From Fibrobacterales bacterium (GTDB taxonomy: Bacteria; Fibrobacterota; Fibrobacteria; Fibrobacterales; CADBQJ01), in assembly GCA_017650365.1 (NCBI GenBank), contig JAGCEZ010000084.1, positions 38,202-102,201 of the forward strand: DNA of 64,000 nucleotides. Reading direction: 5' to 3'. Position numbers and translations under genes: made by a program. The notes beneath the pieces were generated by a model. The model was not told the DNA's origin, did no database searches, and saw only the letters and a list, made by a program, of their open reading frames with translations. This document shows, one piece after another, positions 17,746 through 28,992 of the stretch (position 1 is the stretch's first letter; every line of letters begins with the position of its first letter).

Positions 17746-19505
17746 CAGTCGGCCCTCCTTTCGGCGACGAGCGCGCGGAGTTCGGCTTCCGCCTCCTTGA
17801 ACTTGTCGTTCCCGAACGGCTGGTAGTTCATCTGGCGGACGAGGTTGATCAGCTTCTTGAACCAGCCGCCGACCTCCTCGAACCCGTCGAACGCGAGCTT
17901 CTCGGAGCAGATTCCGAGGACGAGGTCCACCATGTAGCGCTGGCGGTCCATCGGCGTGGAGGCGTCGATCTCGTCGAACGCGTCCTGCTGGAGGATGCAG
18001 AAGTCGATCACCTCGGCCTTGTTGGCGTTGACGTGGTACTCGAGCGGCACGCCGTCGTCGCCCAGGATGTTGATCTGGTCCTTCGCCTCCTTGCCGCGGA
18101 GGAGGAGGTCCTTCATCTCCAGCACCTTGCCGACCCAGCCGGGCTCCACGTTCCTGTCGAAGTACTCGACGACCTCGGGGTACTCGAGGTACTTGGAGTA
18201 GGAGTCGATCGGGTCCACGGCGGGATAGCGCTTGGAGTCGGCGCGGGCCTGCGAGAGCGCGTAGAAGCAGCGCGCGGCCTTCTGCGTGGATTCGGTCACG
18301 GGCTCCTTCAGGTTGCCGCCCGCGGGCGAGACGGTGCCGATGAAGGTGATGGAGCCGCTCTGGCCGTTGCGGAGCTCGACGTAGCCGGCGCGCGCGTAGA
18401 AGCCCGCGACCACGGCGGAGAGGTCCATCGGGAAGGCGTCGGGGCCGGGCAGCTCCTCCATGCGGTTCGACATCTCGCGGAGCGCCTGCGCCCAGCGCGA
18501 GGTGGAGTCGGCGAGCAGGAGGACCTTCAGGCCCATCATGCGGTAGTACTCGGCGAGCGTCATGCCCGTGTAGACCGAGGCTTCGCGCGAGGCGACCGGC
18601 ATGTTGGAGGTGTTGCAGACGATGATCGTCCGCTCCATCAGCTTGCGGCCCGTGCGCGGGTCGTCGAGCTCGGGAAACTCGGTGAAGATCTCGACCACTT
18701 CGTTCGCGCGTTCGCCGCAGGCCACCATGATGATGAGGTCGGCGCCGGCGTTCTTGGCGAGCGCGTGCTGGAGGACCGTCTTGCCGCAGCCGAACGGCCC
18801 GGGGATGAAGCCCGTGCCGCCTTCCGCGATCGGGTTGAGCGTGTCGATCGTGCGGACCCCGGTCTCCATCGCCTTGAAGGGGCGGGGCTTGCTTTTGTAG
18901 CCGCGGATCTCGCGCTTGACGGGCCATTTCATCGTCATCGTGAGGGAGCGCTTCGCGCCGGACGCGTCCACGACCACGGCGATCTCGTCCTCGGCCGCGT
19001 ATTCGCCCGCGGGGACGATCGATTCGACCGTGCCTTCGCCTTCGTAGTCGAAGGGGACCATGATCTTGTGGTCGATCCACCCTTCCTGCACGGAGCCGAG
19101 CCAGTCGGCGGCGCGCACCTTGTCGCCGGCCTTGGCCAGCGGCTTGAAGGCCCACTTCCTCTTCGGGTCGAACGGGGCGGTGTATTCGCCGCGCTTGAGG
19201 AAGACGCCCGTCATGGCGTCGAGGTCGTTCTGGAGGCCGTCGTAGTTGCGGGAGAGCATCCCGGGGCCGAGCGTCACCTCGAGCATGTGGCCGGTGAACT
19301 CCACGGGGCATCCCACGGAGAGGCCGCGCGTGCTTTCGAAGACCTGGACCGAGGCGCGGTTCCCCGTCACCTTGATCGTTTCGGCCATCAGCTTCTCGCC
19401 GCCGAGGAGGATGTAGCAGATCTCGTTCTGGCCCACGGGACCGTCGACTTCGACCGTCACCAGGTTCGAAACGATGCCCGCGACCTTGCCTGTTGTTGCC
19501 ATCAT
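17745..19505 (-). CDS. ntpA: V-type ATPase subunit A
   Basis: P-loop GPFGCGKT, CGERANEVVE, NTSNMPVASREAS, ADSTSRWAQALRE. Confidence 0.97.
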   Translation of the reverse strand: MMATTGKVAGIVSNLVTVEVDGPVGQNEICYILLGGEKLMAETIKVTGNRASVQVFESTRGLSVGCPVEFTGHMLEVTLGPGMLSRNYDGLQNDLDAMTGVFLKRGEYTAPFDPKRKWAFKPLAKAGDKVRAADWLGSVQEGWIDHKIMVPFDYEGEGTVESIVPAGEYAAEDEIAVVVDASGAKRSLTMTMKWPVKREIRGYKSKPRPFKAMETGVRTIDTLNPIAEGGTGFIPGPFGCGKTVLQHALAKNAGADLIIMVACGERANEVVEIFTEFPELDDPRTGRKLMERTIIVCNTSNMPVASREASVYTGMTLAEYYRMMGLKVLLLADSTSRWAQALREMSNRMEELPGPDAFPMDLSAVVAGFYARAGYVELRNGQSGSITFIGTVSPAGGNLKEPVTESTQKAARCFYALSQARADSKRYPAVDPIDSYSKYLEYPEVVEYFDRNVEPGWVGKVLEMKDLLLRGKEAKDQINILGDDGVPLEYHVNANKAEVIDFCILQQDAFDEIDASTPMDRQRYMVDLVLGICSEKLAFDGFEEVGGWFKKLINLVRQMNYQPFGNDKFKEAEAELRALVAERRAD

Positions 19506-19520
19506 CGCCTCCGTCGTGCC

Positions 19521-20297
19521 CTACGGCACGTTCACCTTGAGGGTTTCGACCAGCCGTTCCAGGCGCGCGCGCCCCGCTTCGGCGCCGAGCGCCTCCCAGC
19601 GGGCCGCCAGTCCCAGACGGACGGCAAAAGCGTAAATCGCCTCTTCCGAGAAGGTCCTCGTCGAGGTCAGTTCCCCGGCCATGTCCCAGCGGATCCGGTC
19701 CGCGGCCAGCTCGGCCTCCAGCGGCCCTTCGTCCGCGGCCTGGACGAGCGCGGCGATCCAGGGGCAGGCCGTCGCGATCCCGAAGTCGGGAGCGCCGCTC
19801 GAGCCGACCGCCGCGGCGATTTCGTCGATCTTCGGCACGGCCACGGGGGCCGCGTCCTTCGCGCGGCGGCGGTTCTGCAGAATCGCGAGCGCCGCGCGGA
19901 CGTGCAGTTCGAACACGAGGTATTTCCGGACCCAGCCGTCGGGCAGGGCGTCCGCCCATTCGAAGAAGGCGCGGTCGAGCGCCTCCGCCCCGCCTTCGCC
20001 GCCCTTCCGGACGAACTCGACCATGAAGTCGGGCATCTCGTCCGGCGCGGCGATCTCCGCGTTCAGCTTTTCGGGCGACCAGTTGCCGCGCCGGTCGAAC
20101 GGGAACGGCAGCCCGAGGAGGACGTTCGCGAGGTTGGCGCAGTCGTGGACCAAGCGCAGGCGCCAGAGCCCGCGCGCGTCCTCGGGACGCATCGCGCCGG
20201 CGAGCGACTCCAGCTCGGAGGCGTAGCCGGGCAGTTCCCGGTTGCCCTCCAACGCGAGGACGGGAAGTCCCGCGACCAGATCGTAGTACTGCGCCAT
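19521..20297 (-). CDS. DUF2764-like protein (putative V-ATPase subunit C)
   Basis: MAQYYDLVAGLP start and FSEEAIYAFAVRL motif; lies between subunits E and A. Confidence 0.8.
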   Translation of the reverse strand: MAQYYDLVAGLPVLALEGNRELPGYASELESLAGAMRPEDARGLWRLRLVHDCANLANVLLGLPFPFDRRGNWSPEKLNAEIAAPDEMPDFMVEFVRKGGEGGAEALDRAFFEWADALPDGWVRKYLVFELHVRAALAILQNRRRAKDAAPVAVPKIDEIAAAVGSSGAPDFGIATACPWIAALVQAADEGPLEAELAADRIRWDMAGELTSTRTFSEEAIYAFAVRLGLAARWEALGAEAGRARLERLVETLKVNVP

Positions 20298-20304
20298 CGC
20301 CGCC

Positions 20305-20913
20305 CTACGCCTCGAACATCAGGGCGCGCGCGCGGGCGCGGAGGAAGTCCTTGAAGAACTCCGCGAAGTCCTCGGCGGTGAAGCTCAGCTTGTATCCGCC
20401 GTCCTGGGGCCGCACCTGGAACCCGGTGCGCAGCCTGTCGGACCAGGAGAACGACAGCCCGGCCTTCAGCTCCTTGGCGAGGGCGGCCTTGAGCGCCTTT
20501 TCCAGCTTGCCCTGCGCGGCCGCGGGGAGGATCGCCTCCAGCTTGCCTTCCTTTCCGGCGCTCCACTGCGCCACGACCGTCTTGAGAAGCTCGGCGACCG
20601 TTTCGGGGTCGGAGAGCGCGCCGGAGACCGGGGCGTCCACGCACTTGGCGAGCACGGCGTCGGTCGCGGCCTTCTTGAGCGCGTCGAGCGCCTGCGCGGA
20701 GGCCATCTTCAGCTCGGTCTCCACGTTGCGGCGCGTTTCGGTCGCGTCGGCCGCGGCCTTGTCCGTCAGTTCCTTCGCCTTGGCGCGGGCGTCGGCGAGG
20801 ATGGCTTCCGCCTCCTCCTTCGCCTTCGACACGATTTCGTCGGCCCGCAGTTCTCCCTTTTCCACGCCTTCTTTGTAGAGCTTCTCGGTGATTTCGCTGA
20901 TTCGGTTGTCCAT
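20305..20913 (-). CDS. ntpE: V-type ATPase subunit E
   Basis: MDNRISEITEKLYKEGVEKG, coiled coil, FKDFLRARARALMF. Confidence 0.88.
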   Translation of the reverse strand: MDNRISEITEKLYKEGVEKGELRADEIVSKAKEEAEAILADARAKAKELTDKAAADATETRRNVETELKMASAQALDALKKAATDAVLAKCVDAPVSGALSDPETVAELLKTVVAQWSAGKEGKLEAILPAAAQGKLEKALKAALAKELKAGLSFSWSDRLRTGFQVRPQDGGYKLSFTAEDFAEFFKDFLRARARALMFEA

Positions 20914-21106
20914 CTGCGCAGGTCTCTCCACGGAAAAGGGTTTTCGGAAAGCGGACGCTCGTTGACTACAAACTATTCCCAAAATCGGGAAAAATCTCCT
21001 TTTTTCGTAAAATCGGGGTTAAAAACTCACGAAAAAGAGTCCGGTTTTTCCAAAATCGGCGCAAAAATCCCTCTTTCGGCGCGGTTCGGCCCGCGCGGCG
21101 GACCGC

Positions 21107-22876
21107 CTACTTGGAGGAGTCGCCGCCCTTGAGCACCGCGTTGAGCTCGCGGCACATCGCCACCGAGATCTCCTGCTCCTCGAGGAAGACCTCGCCCATC
21201 CCCTCGGCGGAGATGCGGTCGGCCTCCTCGGCGCTGGTGCTGCGGATGAGGATGCGGATGGAGGGGCGGAGGATGCGGGCGACCTCCACGATGCGGTGGA
21301 GGTCCACGGCGTCGGTGGTGGTGACCACGAGCGCGCCGGCCTGCGCGATGTGCGCCTGGACGAGGGTGCCCGCCTCGGAGACGTTGCCGGTCACGGCGTG
21401 GACGCCCTGTTCGCGCAGCTGCTCGACCACGGTGCGGTTGGAGTCGGCCACGACGAAGGGGATGTTCTCGTTCGACAGGTATTCCTGGATCCTCCGGCCC
21501 ACGCCGGCGTAGCCCACGAGGACGACGTGCCCGGTGAGGGCGCGGTGCGGCACCGACGCGGGCAGCTGGGCCAGCGGGTCGGCGGGGCGGTCCACGATGC
21601 GCGCCAGCATCGGGTTCGCGAGGATGCGCTTCTGCAGCGGGGTGACGAAGCGGAAGACGAGCGAGTTCAGGCCGATGGAGAGGATGGCGCAGGCGACCAC
21701 CAGGCTCTGCACGTCGGGCTCGATCACGCCCAGCGACTTGCCGAGCGCCACGAGGATGAAGGAGAATTCGCCGATCTGCGCGAGCCCGGCGCCGACCGTC
21801 AGGGCGGCGCCTACGGGATAGCGGAAGACCAGCATGATCGCGCAGGCCGCCACCGGCTTGCCCACCATCACGATGCCCACGGTGAGCAGCAGCCAGAGCG
21901 GCTCGTGCAGCAGCACGCGGGGGTCGAAGAGCATCCCGACGGAGACGAAGAAGAGGATGGAGAAGAGGTCGCGGAAGGGCTGCGACTCCTGGCCGGCGCG
22001 CGTCGCCAGGGGCGACTCCTTGACGATCATCCCGGCGAAGAAGGCGCCCAGCGCGAACGAGACGTCGAAGAGGGCGTAGGCCGAGTAGGCGATGCCGACC
22101 GCCACGGCGATCACGCTGATCATGAAGAGCTCGTGCGAACCGTTGCGCGCCACGCGCCACAGCAGCCACGGGAAGGTGCGCTTGCCGACCAGCAGCATCA
22201 GCCCCGCGAAGACGGCGATCTTGCCGAAGGTCTTGAGCAGCGTCAGCGCCAGCGCCCCGGCGCCGGGGGCGGCGCCGTCCCCGCCCGAAAGCCAGCCGGA
22301 GAGGGGCGGCAGGAGCACCAGCAGCGCGACGGTCAGAAGGTCCTCCACGACCAGCCATCCCACGGCGATCTGCCCCTTGATCGTGGCGATGTCGCCCGTG
22401 GCCTCCATGTTGCGGATCAGCACGACGGTCGACGCGACGGAGAGCGCCATGCCGTAGACGACGCTCTGCCCCCACGGCCAGTGGAGCGCGTGGGCCAGCG
22501 CGGAGGCGACGCAGATGGTCAGCGCGGTCTGGACGATCGCGCCGGGCACGGCGATCCTCCGCACCGCCATCAGGTCCTTGAAGGAGAAGTGGAGCCCCAC
22601 GCCGAACATCAGCAGCATCACGCCGATCTCCGCCAGCTGGTCGAACAGCTCGGCGTCGACCTTCAGGCCGAGGAGCGTGGGGAAATGCTCGGAGACGAAC
22701 GGCAGCGCGGAGCCGATCACGATCCCCGCGGCGAGGTAGCCCACCAGCGCGGGGAGGCGGAGCTTCGTGGCGACGAGCCCGCAGGAGAGCGCCAGGCCGA
22801 GCCCCAGCACCAGCGTGGTGATGAGCTCGAACTCCCCGGCGGAGCGGACAGCGGCTTCGGCGACCGTTTCGACCAT
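21107..22876 (-). CDS. CPA2-family cation:proton antiporter with TrkA-N domain (YbaL-like)
   Basis: LAEIGVMLLMFGVGLHFS, SVASTVV, GWLVVED, ALGAFFAG, GLAQIGEFSFIL, C-terminal VLVGYAGVG. Confidence 0.9.
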   Translation of the reverse strand: MVETVAEAAVRSAGEFELITTLVLGLGLALSCGLVATKLRLPALVGYLAAGIVIGSALPFVSEHFPTLLGLKVDAELFDQLAEIGVMLLMFGVGLHFSFKDLMAVRRIAVPGAIVQTALTICVASALAHALHWPWGQSVVYGMALSVASTVVLIRNMEATGDIATIKGQIAVGWLVVEDLLTVALLVLLPPLSGWLSGGDGAAPGAGALALTLLKTFGKIAVFAGLMLLVGKRTFPWLLWRVARNGSHELFMISVIAVAVGIAYSAYALFDVSFALGAFFAGMIVKESPLATRAGQESQPFRDLFSILFFVSVGMLFDPRVLLHEPLWLLLTVGIVMVGKPVAACAIMLVFRYPVGAALTVGAGLAQIGEFSFILVALGKSLGVIEPDVQSLVVACAILSIGLNSLVFRFVTPLQKRILANPMLARIVDRPADPLAQLPASVPHRALTGHVVLVGYAGVGRRIQEYLSNENIPFVVADSNRTVVEQLREQGVHAVTGNVSEAGTLVQAHIAQAGALVVTTTDAVDLHRIVEVARILRPSIRILIRSTSAEEADRISAEGMGEVFLEEQEISVAMCRELNAVLKGGDSSK

Positions 22877-22949
22877 GGGCCTAATCTAGATAATTGCTAC
22901 TTTTGCCCCCGAATCCGGCGGGCGAAAAGGCCCGCGCGAAGGAGTTTCC

Positions 22950-24044
22950 ATGGGCTTCAAATGCGGCCTCGTCGGCCTTCCCAACGTCGGCAAGTCGACC
23001 ATCTTCAACGCGGTGACCCGCGCCGGCGCCGAGATGGCGAACTACCCCTTCTGCACCATCGAGCCCAACGTGGGCGTGGTCGAGGTGCCCGACCCCCGCC
23101 TGCAGGTCCTGGCGGACTTCGTCCACCCGCAGCGCATCGTGCCCGCGGTCATGCAGTTCGTGGACATCGCCGGCCTGGTGGCCGGGGCCTCCAAGGGCGA
23201 AGGGCTGGGCAACCAGTTCCTCAGCCACATCCGCGAGACCGACGCGATCCTCCACGTGGTCCGCTGCTTCGAAGACCCCGACGTGGTGCACGTCAGCGGC
23301 TCCGTCGACCCGCTCCGCGACGTGGAGATCATCGAGACCGAGCTGATCCTCAAGGACATGGAGACCCTCGACGGGGCGAGGACCAAGGCCGAGAAGATGG
23401 CCCGCGGCGGCGACAAGGCCGCCAAGATCCGCCTCTCCGCGTTCGAGAAGATCGGCGCGCTCCTGGACGCCGGCAAGCTCGCGAAGAACGCCGAGCTGAC
23501 CGAGGAGGAGGAGGTCGAGATGCGCGGCGTGGGGCTGCTGACCGCCAAGCCCGTCTTCTACTGCGCCAACGTGCTCGAAAGCGAAGCCGCGACCGGGAAC
23601 GCCCACGTGGAGAAGCTGCGCGCCTACGCGGCGGAGCACGGCGGCGACGTGGTGGTCATCTGCGGGAAGATCGAGGCCGAGCTGGCGGAGATGGAGCCCG
23701 AGGACCGCGACGCCTTCCTGAAGGACCTGGGGCTCGACGAGCCGGGGCTGAACAAGATCGTGCGGACCGGGTTCCGCCTGCTGGGCAAGATGACCTACTT
23801 CACCGCCGGCGAGAAGGAGGTGAAGGCCTGGACGATCGACGTGGGCGACAAGGCCCCGCGCGCCGCCGGCGCGATCCACACCGACTTCGAGCGCGGCTTC
23901 ATCCGCGCCGAGACCGTCTCCTACGACGACTTCGTGAAGTGCGGCGGCTGGAACAAGGCGCGCGACGCCGGCCTGCTCCGCACCGAAGGCAAGGACTACG
24001 TCGTCCAGGACGGCGACATCATGAACTTCCTCTTCAACGTGTGA
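22950..24044 (+). CDS. ychF: Redox-regulated ATPase YchF
   Basis: [52 protein letters not shown]. Confidence 0.97.
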   Translation: MGFKCGLVGLPNVGKSTIFNAVTRAGAEMANYPFCTIEPNVGVVEVPDPRLQVLADFVHPQRIVPAVMQFVDIAGLVAGASKGEGLGNQFLSHIRETDAILHVVRCFEDPDVVHVSGSVDPLRDVEIIETELILKDMETLDGARTKAEKMARGGDKAAKIRLSAFEKIGALLDAGKLAKNAELTEEEEVEMRGVGLLTAKPVFYCANVLESEAATGNAHVEKLRAYAAEHGGDVVVICGKIEAELAEMEPEDRDAFLKDLGLDEPGLNKIVRTGFRLLGKMTYFTAGEKEVKAWTIDVGDKAPRAAGAIHTDFERGFIRAETVSYDDFVKCGGWNKARDAGLLRTEGKDYVVQDGDIMNFLFNV

Positions 24045-24051
24045 GGACGGA

Positions 24052-25254
<1,203 letters not shown>

Positions 25255-25328
25255 GCGCCGCCGACGCGCCCGGAGAGAGCGCCGGCCCGGCTTTCATGCT
25301 ATTTTTGTCGGGAAGAAAAGGAGAGCGC

Positions 25329-25877
25329 ATGCACTATCTGATCGTCCCCGGCCTGAACAACTCCGGGCCGGACCACTGGCAGAGCTACTGGGCGAAGAGC
25401 CTCCCGAACGCGACCCGCGTCGTCCAGCGCAACTGGGACCATCCGCAAAAGGAGACCTGGATCGAGACGCTGGACGAAGCCGCGTCGAAGCTCGACTCGG
25501 AGACGATCTTCGTCTCGCACAGCCTGGGCGTCGTGACGACGGTCCACTGGCTGCTGCGCCGCGCGGAGAGGGGCGGCGTCCCCGCGACGGTGAAGGGCGT
25601 CTTCCTCGTCTCGCCGAGCGACCCCGACGAGATCGAGATCATCTCCTCCTTCGCGCCGATGCCGCTGGGGAAGCTGCCCGTGCCCGCCTGCGTGGTGGCG
25701 AGCGAGAACGACCCGTTCGTCCGCATCGAACGCGCGCGGTTCTTCGCCGAATCGTGGGGCGCGAAGCTCTTCGAAGCCGGCGCCCTCGGCCACATCAACG
25801 CCAGGTCGAACCTCGGCGAATGGGAACAGGGCCGCGCCTTCCTCGCGGAGTTCGAGAAGAGCCTGCCCGCGGGCTGA
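25329..25877 (+). CDS. RBBP9/YdeN-family alpha/beta hydrolase
   Basis: VPGLNNSGPDHWQ, VSHSLG, ASENDPF, GHINA. Confidence 0.9.
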   Translation: MHYLIVPGLNNSGPDHWQSYWAKSLPNATRVVQRNWDHPQKETWIETLDEAASKLDSETIFVSHSLGVVTTVHWLLRRAERGGVPATVKGVFLVSPSDPDEIEIISSFAPMPLGKLPVPACVVASENDPFVRIERARFFAESWGAKLFEAGALGHINARSNLGEWEQGRAFLAEFEKSLPAG

Positions 25878-25921
25878 CGCGGAGCCCGCGCGGAGCGGGC
25901 GTTTCCTAGCTTTCGGGTGCG

Positions 25922-26602
25922 ATGGACATTGCGCACCACTACGTGGAGCGGGGAGAGGGCTTTCCCCTGCTTCTTCTGCACGGGAACGGCGAGGAGTGCG
26001 GCTATTTCTCGCACCAGCTGGAAGCGTTCTCCGCGACGCGGCGCGCGATCGCGCTCGACTCGCGCGGACACGGGAAGACGCCGCGCGGCGAAGGCCCGCT
26101 CTCCATCCGGCGTTTCGCGGACGACCTGCTGGGGTTCATGGACCGGCTTGGCCTGGAGAAGGCCGACCTGCTGGGATTTTCGGACGGCGCGAACGTCGCC
26201 ATGGTCTTCGCGATGGAACGCCCCGAACGGGTCCGCAGGCTGGTCCTGAACGGAGGCAACCTCGACGCGAAGGGAATCCGGCCGTCGACGCAGATTCCCA
26301 TCGAAATCGGATTCCGCGTCGCGCGCTTCTTCGCGCGGTGGAGTCCTCGCGCCCGGGCGAACGCCGAGCTGCTGAACCTCATGGTGAACGACCCCGGCAT
26401 TCCGCCCGAAGACCTGGCGAGGATCCAGGCCCCGACGCTCGTCGTCGCCGGAACGCGCGACATGGTGAAGGAGGAGCACACGCGCCTGATCGCCTCCCGC
26501 ATCCCCGGCGCGAAGCTCGCGTTCGTGGAGGGCGACCACTTCGTCGCGCGCGGCAACCCGGAGGAGTTCGACCGGGTCGTCCTTGATTTCCTGGAGCAGT
26601 GA
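25922..26602 (+). CDS. Alpha/beta fold hydrolase
   Basis: LLLHGNGE, DSRGHG, GFSDG nucleophile elbow, GDHF. Confidence 0.88.
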   Translation: MDIAHHYVERGEGFPLLLLHGNGEECGYFSHQLEAFSATRRAIALDSRGHGKTPRGEGPLSIRRFADDLLGFMDRLGLEKADLLGFSDGANVAMVFAMERPERVRRLVLNGGNLDAKGIRPSTQIPIEIGFRVARFFARWSPRARANAELLNLMVNDPGIPPEDLARIQAPTLVVAGTRDMVKEEHTRLIASRIPGAKLAFVEGDHFVARGNPEEFDRVVLDFLEQ

Positions 26603-26639
26603 TCGAGTCTTAGGCGCCAGGGGCCAGTCGCCAGGTGCC
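26598..26639. repeat. Degenerate heptamer tandem array (AG-N3-CC units)
   Basis: AGTGATCG AGTCTT AGGCGCC AGGGGCC AGTCGCC AGGTGCC. Confidence 0.55.
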
Positions 26640-26721
26640 TGTGCGGATGATGGCGTCTTCGGCCGCTGACCCCCGAAGTATATTTTGTCCGGGGAAAACG
26701 GGAAAAGCAAGGAGCAACGCG

Positions 26722-27843
26722 ATGAGCGCCACGGTTCCCTCCAGCGTCGCCGAACGGGCGAAGCGCATCGCGCGCACGAGCCTCGTCGGCATGGCCGCGA
26801 ACGTCCTCCTCGCCGCCTTCAAGGCCGCGGTCGGCCTGGCCGCCGGATCGGTCTCGATCGCGATGGACGCCGTGAACAACCTCACCGACGCGCTCGGCTC
26901 CGTCCTGACGCTCGCCGGGGTCGCGCTCGCGCGGCGGCGACCCGACGCGAAGCATCCCTTCGGCTACGGCCGGATCGAGTACTTCAGCGCGGTCTCCGTC
27001 TCGGCGCTCGTGCTGGCCGCCGGCGTCGGCTCCCTCGTGGAATCGGCGAAGAAGATCGTCGAGCCCACCGTGCCCGAATACGGGACCGCCGCGCTCGTCG
27101 TGGTGGCGGCCGCGGTCCTGGCGAAGCTCGCCCTCGGGCGCTACGTCGCGGCGCAGGGCCGCGCGTGCAACTCGGACGCGCTCGTCGCCTCCGGGGCCGA
27201 CGCGAGCTTCGACGCGATCCTCTCCGCCTCGACCCTCGTCGGCGCGCTCCTCGTGAAGTTCGCCGGCGTGAACCTCGACGGCTGGATCGGCGCCGTCATC
27301 TCCGTCGTCATCCTCAAGGCGGGCGCGGGAATGCTGGCCGAGTCGGCCGGAAGCATCATGGGGAACCGCCCCGACGCGGAGATCTCGAAGCGGATCCGCG
27401 AAACCGTCGCCGCCGTCCCCGGCGTCCTCGGCGTCCACGACCTCGTGCTGCACGACTACGGCCCCGACAGCGCGATCGGCTCCGTCCACGTCGACGTCGA
27501 CGCCTCGCTCGACGCCGCCGCGATCCACCGGCTCACGCGCTCCGTCCAGATCGCCGCGATCGAAGGCTTCCGCGTCTTCCTCACCGTCGGCATCTACGCC
27601 GCCGACCCCGCGCGCCGCGCCGACGCCGAGGCCGTCGAAGCGGCCGTCCTGCGCCACGACGGCGTCAAGTCCGTCCACGGCGTCTTCTTCGACGACGAAC
27701 GGTCCGCGGTCTCCTTCGACGCGCTCGTCGAATTCACCGTCCGCGACCGCGACGCGCTCCGCGCCGCCCTCGCCGCCGACGTCGCGGCGCTCTTCCCCGG
27801 CCGTTCCGTCGCCGTCAACTTCGACGCCGACTACTCCGGCTGA
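26722..27843 (+). CDS. Cation diffusion facilitator (CDF) transporter
   Basis: DAVNNLTD, HPFGYGRIEY, VHDLVLHDYGP; duplicated C-terminal dimerisation-like region. Confidence 0.9.
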   Translation: MSATVPSSVAERAKRIARTSLVGMAANVLLAAFKAAVGLAAGSVSIAMDAVNNLTDALGSVLTLAGVALARRRPDAKHPFGYGRIEYFSAVSVSALVLAAGVGSLVESAKKIVEPTVPEYGTAALVVVAAAVLAKLALGRYVAAQGRACNSDALVASGADASFDAILSASTLVGALLVKFAGVNLDGWIGAVISVVILKAGAGMLAESAGSIMGNRPDAEISKRIRETVAAVPGVLGVHDLVLHDYGPDSAIGSVHVDVDASLDAAAIHRLTRSVQIAAIEGFRVFLTVGIYAADPARRADAEAVEAAVLRHDGVKSVHGVFFDDERSAVSFDALVEFTVRDRDALRAALAADVAALFPGRSVAVNFDADYSG

Positions 27844-27863
27844 AACCGCGCCATGCGAAAGAA

Positions 27864-27893
27864 AAAAGGCGTCTCCCGGGGGAGGCGCCTTTT
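27864..27893. terminator. Bidirectional hairpin terminator
   Basis: AAAAGGCGTCTCC-CGGG-GGAGGCGCCTTTT between convergent genes. Confidence 0.8.
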
Positions 27894-27913
27894 CGATCGC
27901 TTCGTTTCCGGAC

Positions 27914-28876
27914 CTAGTCCAGGCCCGTCCCGACGGTCTTTTCCCAGAAGGCGCGGTAGTTGTCGCGCTCGGGGTTGTCGTTGGCGCGCCAGGCGATGGC
28001 GTCCTTGGGGTGGACGTTGAAGGCGCCGGAGATCATCAGCGGGATGATGTAGCCCCATTCGATCTCGCCCTTCTTCATCATCGGGACCATTTCGGTCGAG
28101 ACGACGTCGAGCACCGGGCGGATGTCGTACTTGGGGTTCTTCAGGAAGCTCAGCAGCAGCTCCGTGGTGCAGTTGCCCGCGCCGCGGCCGATGCCGAAGA
28201 GCGTGCCGTCGACGAAGTTGGCGCCGCGCATGATCGCCTCGATGGTGTTGCCGAAGGCGAGCTGCATGTTGTTGTGGCCGTGGAAGCCGATTTCGCGGCC
28301 GACGATCTTGTCCTTGTAGCGGACCATCATCGCGTCCACCTGCTCCTGGTAGTAGTGGCCGAAGCTGTCGACCAGGTAGACGACGTCGGCCTTGGACTCG
28401 GCCTGGATCTGGGCGAGCGCCTCGTCGAGCTCGGGGCCGCGGTCGCGGCTGGAGGCCATGATGTTGACCGTGGTCTCGTAGCCCTGCGCGTTGAAGCGGT
28501 TGACGTGGGCGATGGCCTTGTCGATGTCCTTGACGTAGGCGGCCACGCGCACCATCTCGAACGGCGATTCGTCGCGGTCCTTGATGGCGTCGAGGTCGGC
28601 GCGGCCGATGTCGACCATGACGGCGACCTTGGGGCCGTTTTCGATCCCCTCGCGGACCTTGCGGATGTCCTCGTCGTCGCAGAACTTCCAGGGACCGTAT
28701 TCGGAGCGGCTGAACAGCTTGTCGCTGTTCTTGTAGCCGATTTCCATATAGTCCACCCCCGCCTCGGCCAAGGCCTTGTAGACCTTGCGCACAAACTCGT
28801 GGCTGAACTTGTGCTTGTTCACCAGCCCGCCGTCGCGGATGGTGCAGTCGAGAACTTTGATTTCGGGACGGAACAT
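27914..28876 (-). CDS. DRE-TIM metallolyase / HMGL-like aldolase-domain protein
   Basis: LDCTIRDGG, YLVDSFG, GFHGHNNMQLAFGN, DGTLFGIGRGAGN. Confidence 0.85.
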   Translation of the reverse strand: MFRPEIKVLDCTIRDGGLVNKHKFSHEFVRKVYKALAEAGVDYMEIGYKNSDKLFSRSEYGPWKFCDDEDIRKVREGIENGPKVAVMVDIGRADLDAIKDRDESPFEMVRVAAYVKDIDKAIAHVNRFNAQGYETTVNIMASSRDRGPELDEALAQIQAESKADVVYLVDSFGHYYQEQVDAMMVRYKDKIVGREIGFHGHNNMQLAFGNTIEAIMRGANFVDGTLFGIGRGAGNCTTELLLSFLKNPKYDIRPVLDVVSTEMVPMMKKGEIEWGYIIPLMISGAFNVHPKDAIAWRANDNPERDNYRAFWEKTVGTGLD

Positions 28877-28992
28877 GGTTTCCTCTGGTTGGGAAAGTGA
28901 AGACGCAAATATAGCAAACAGGGCCTTTCCGGCCCTCCGGGGCGCCCGGACGGGGCGGAGAGCCGGACGAAAAAAGGCTAAATTTCGGCATT

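Noticed and set aside
13880-19959. Apparent giant fusions in the ORF track (13880..17092, 16426..19959, 8415..10430, 46092..49325)
   Set aside because: The upstream extensions are stop-free alternate frames of neighbouring genes. The real starts (15802, 17745, 9677, 46878) are supported by motif starts and stop/start overlaps.
20981-21059. Three AAAATCGG copies upstream of the V-ATPase operon
   Set aside because: They are irregularly spaced (28 and 43 nt) in an A-rich terminator/promoter region. The evidence is too weak to call a regulatory site without comparative data.
26603-26721. Metal-sensing riboswitch (NiCo/yybP) upstream of the CDF transporter
   Set aside because: A small hairpin can be drawn, but I could not match the consensus of either family. 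The sequence is better explained by the heptamer array. An Infernal/Rfam scan would settle it.
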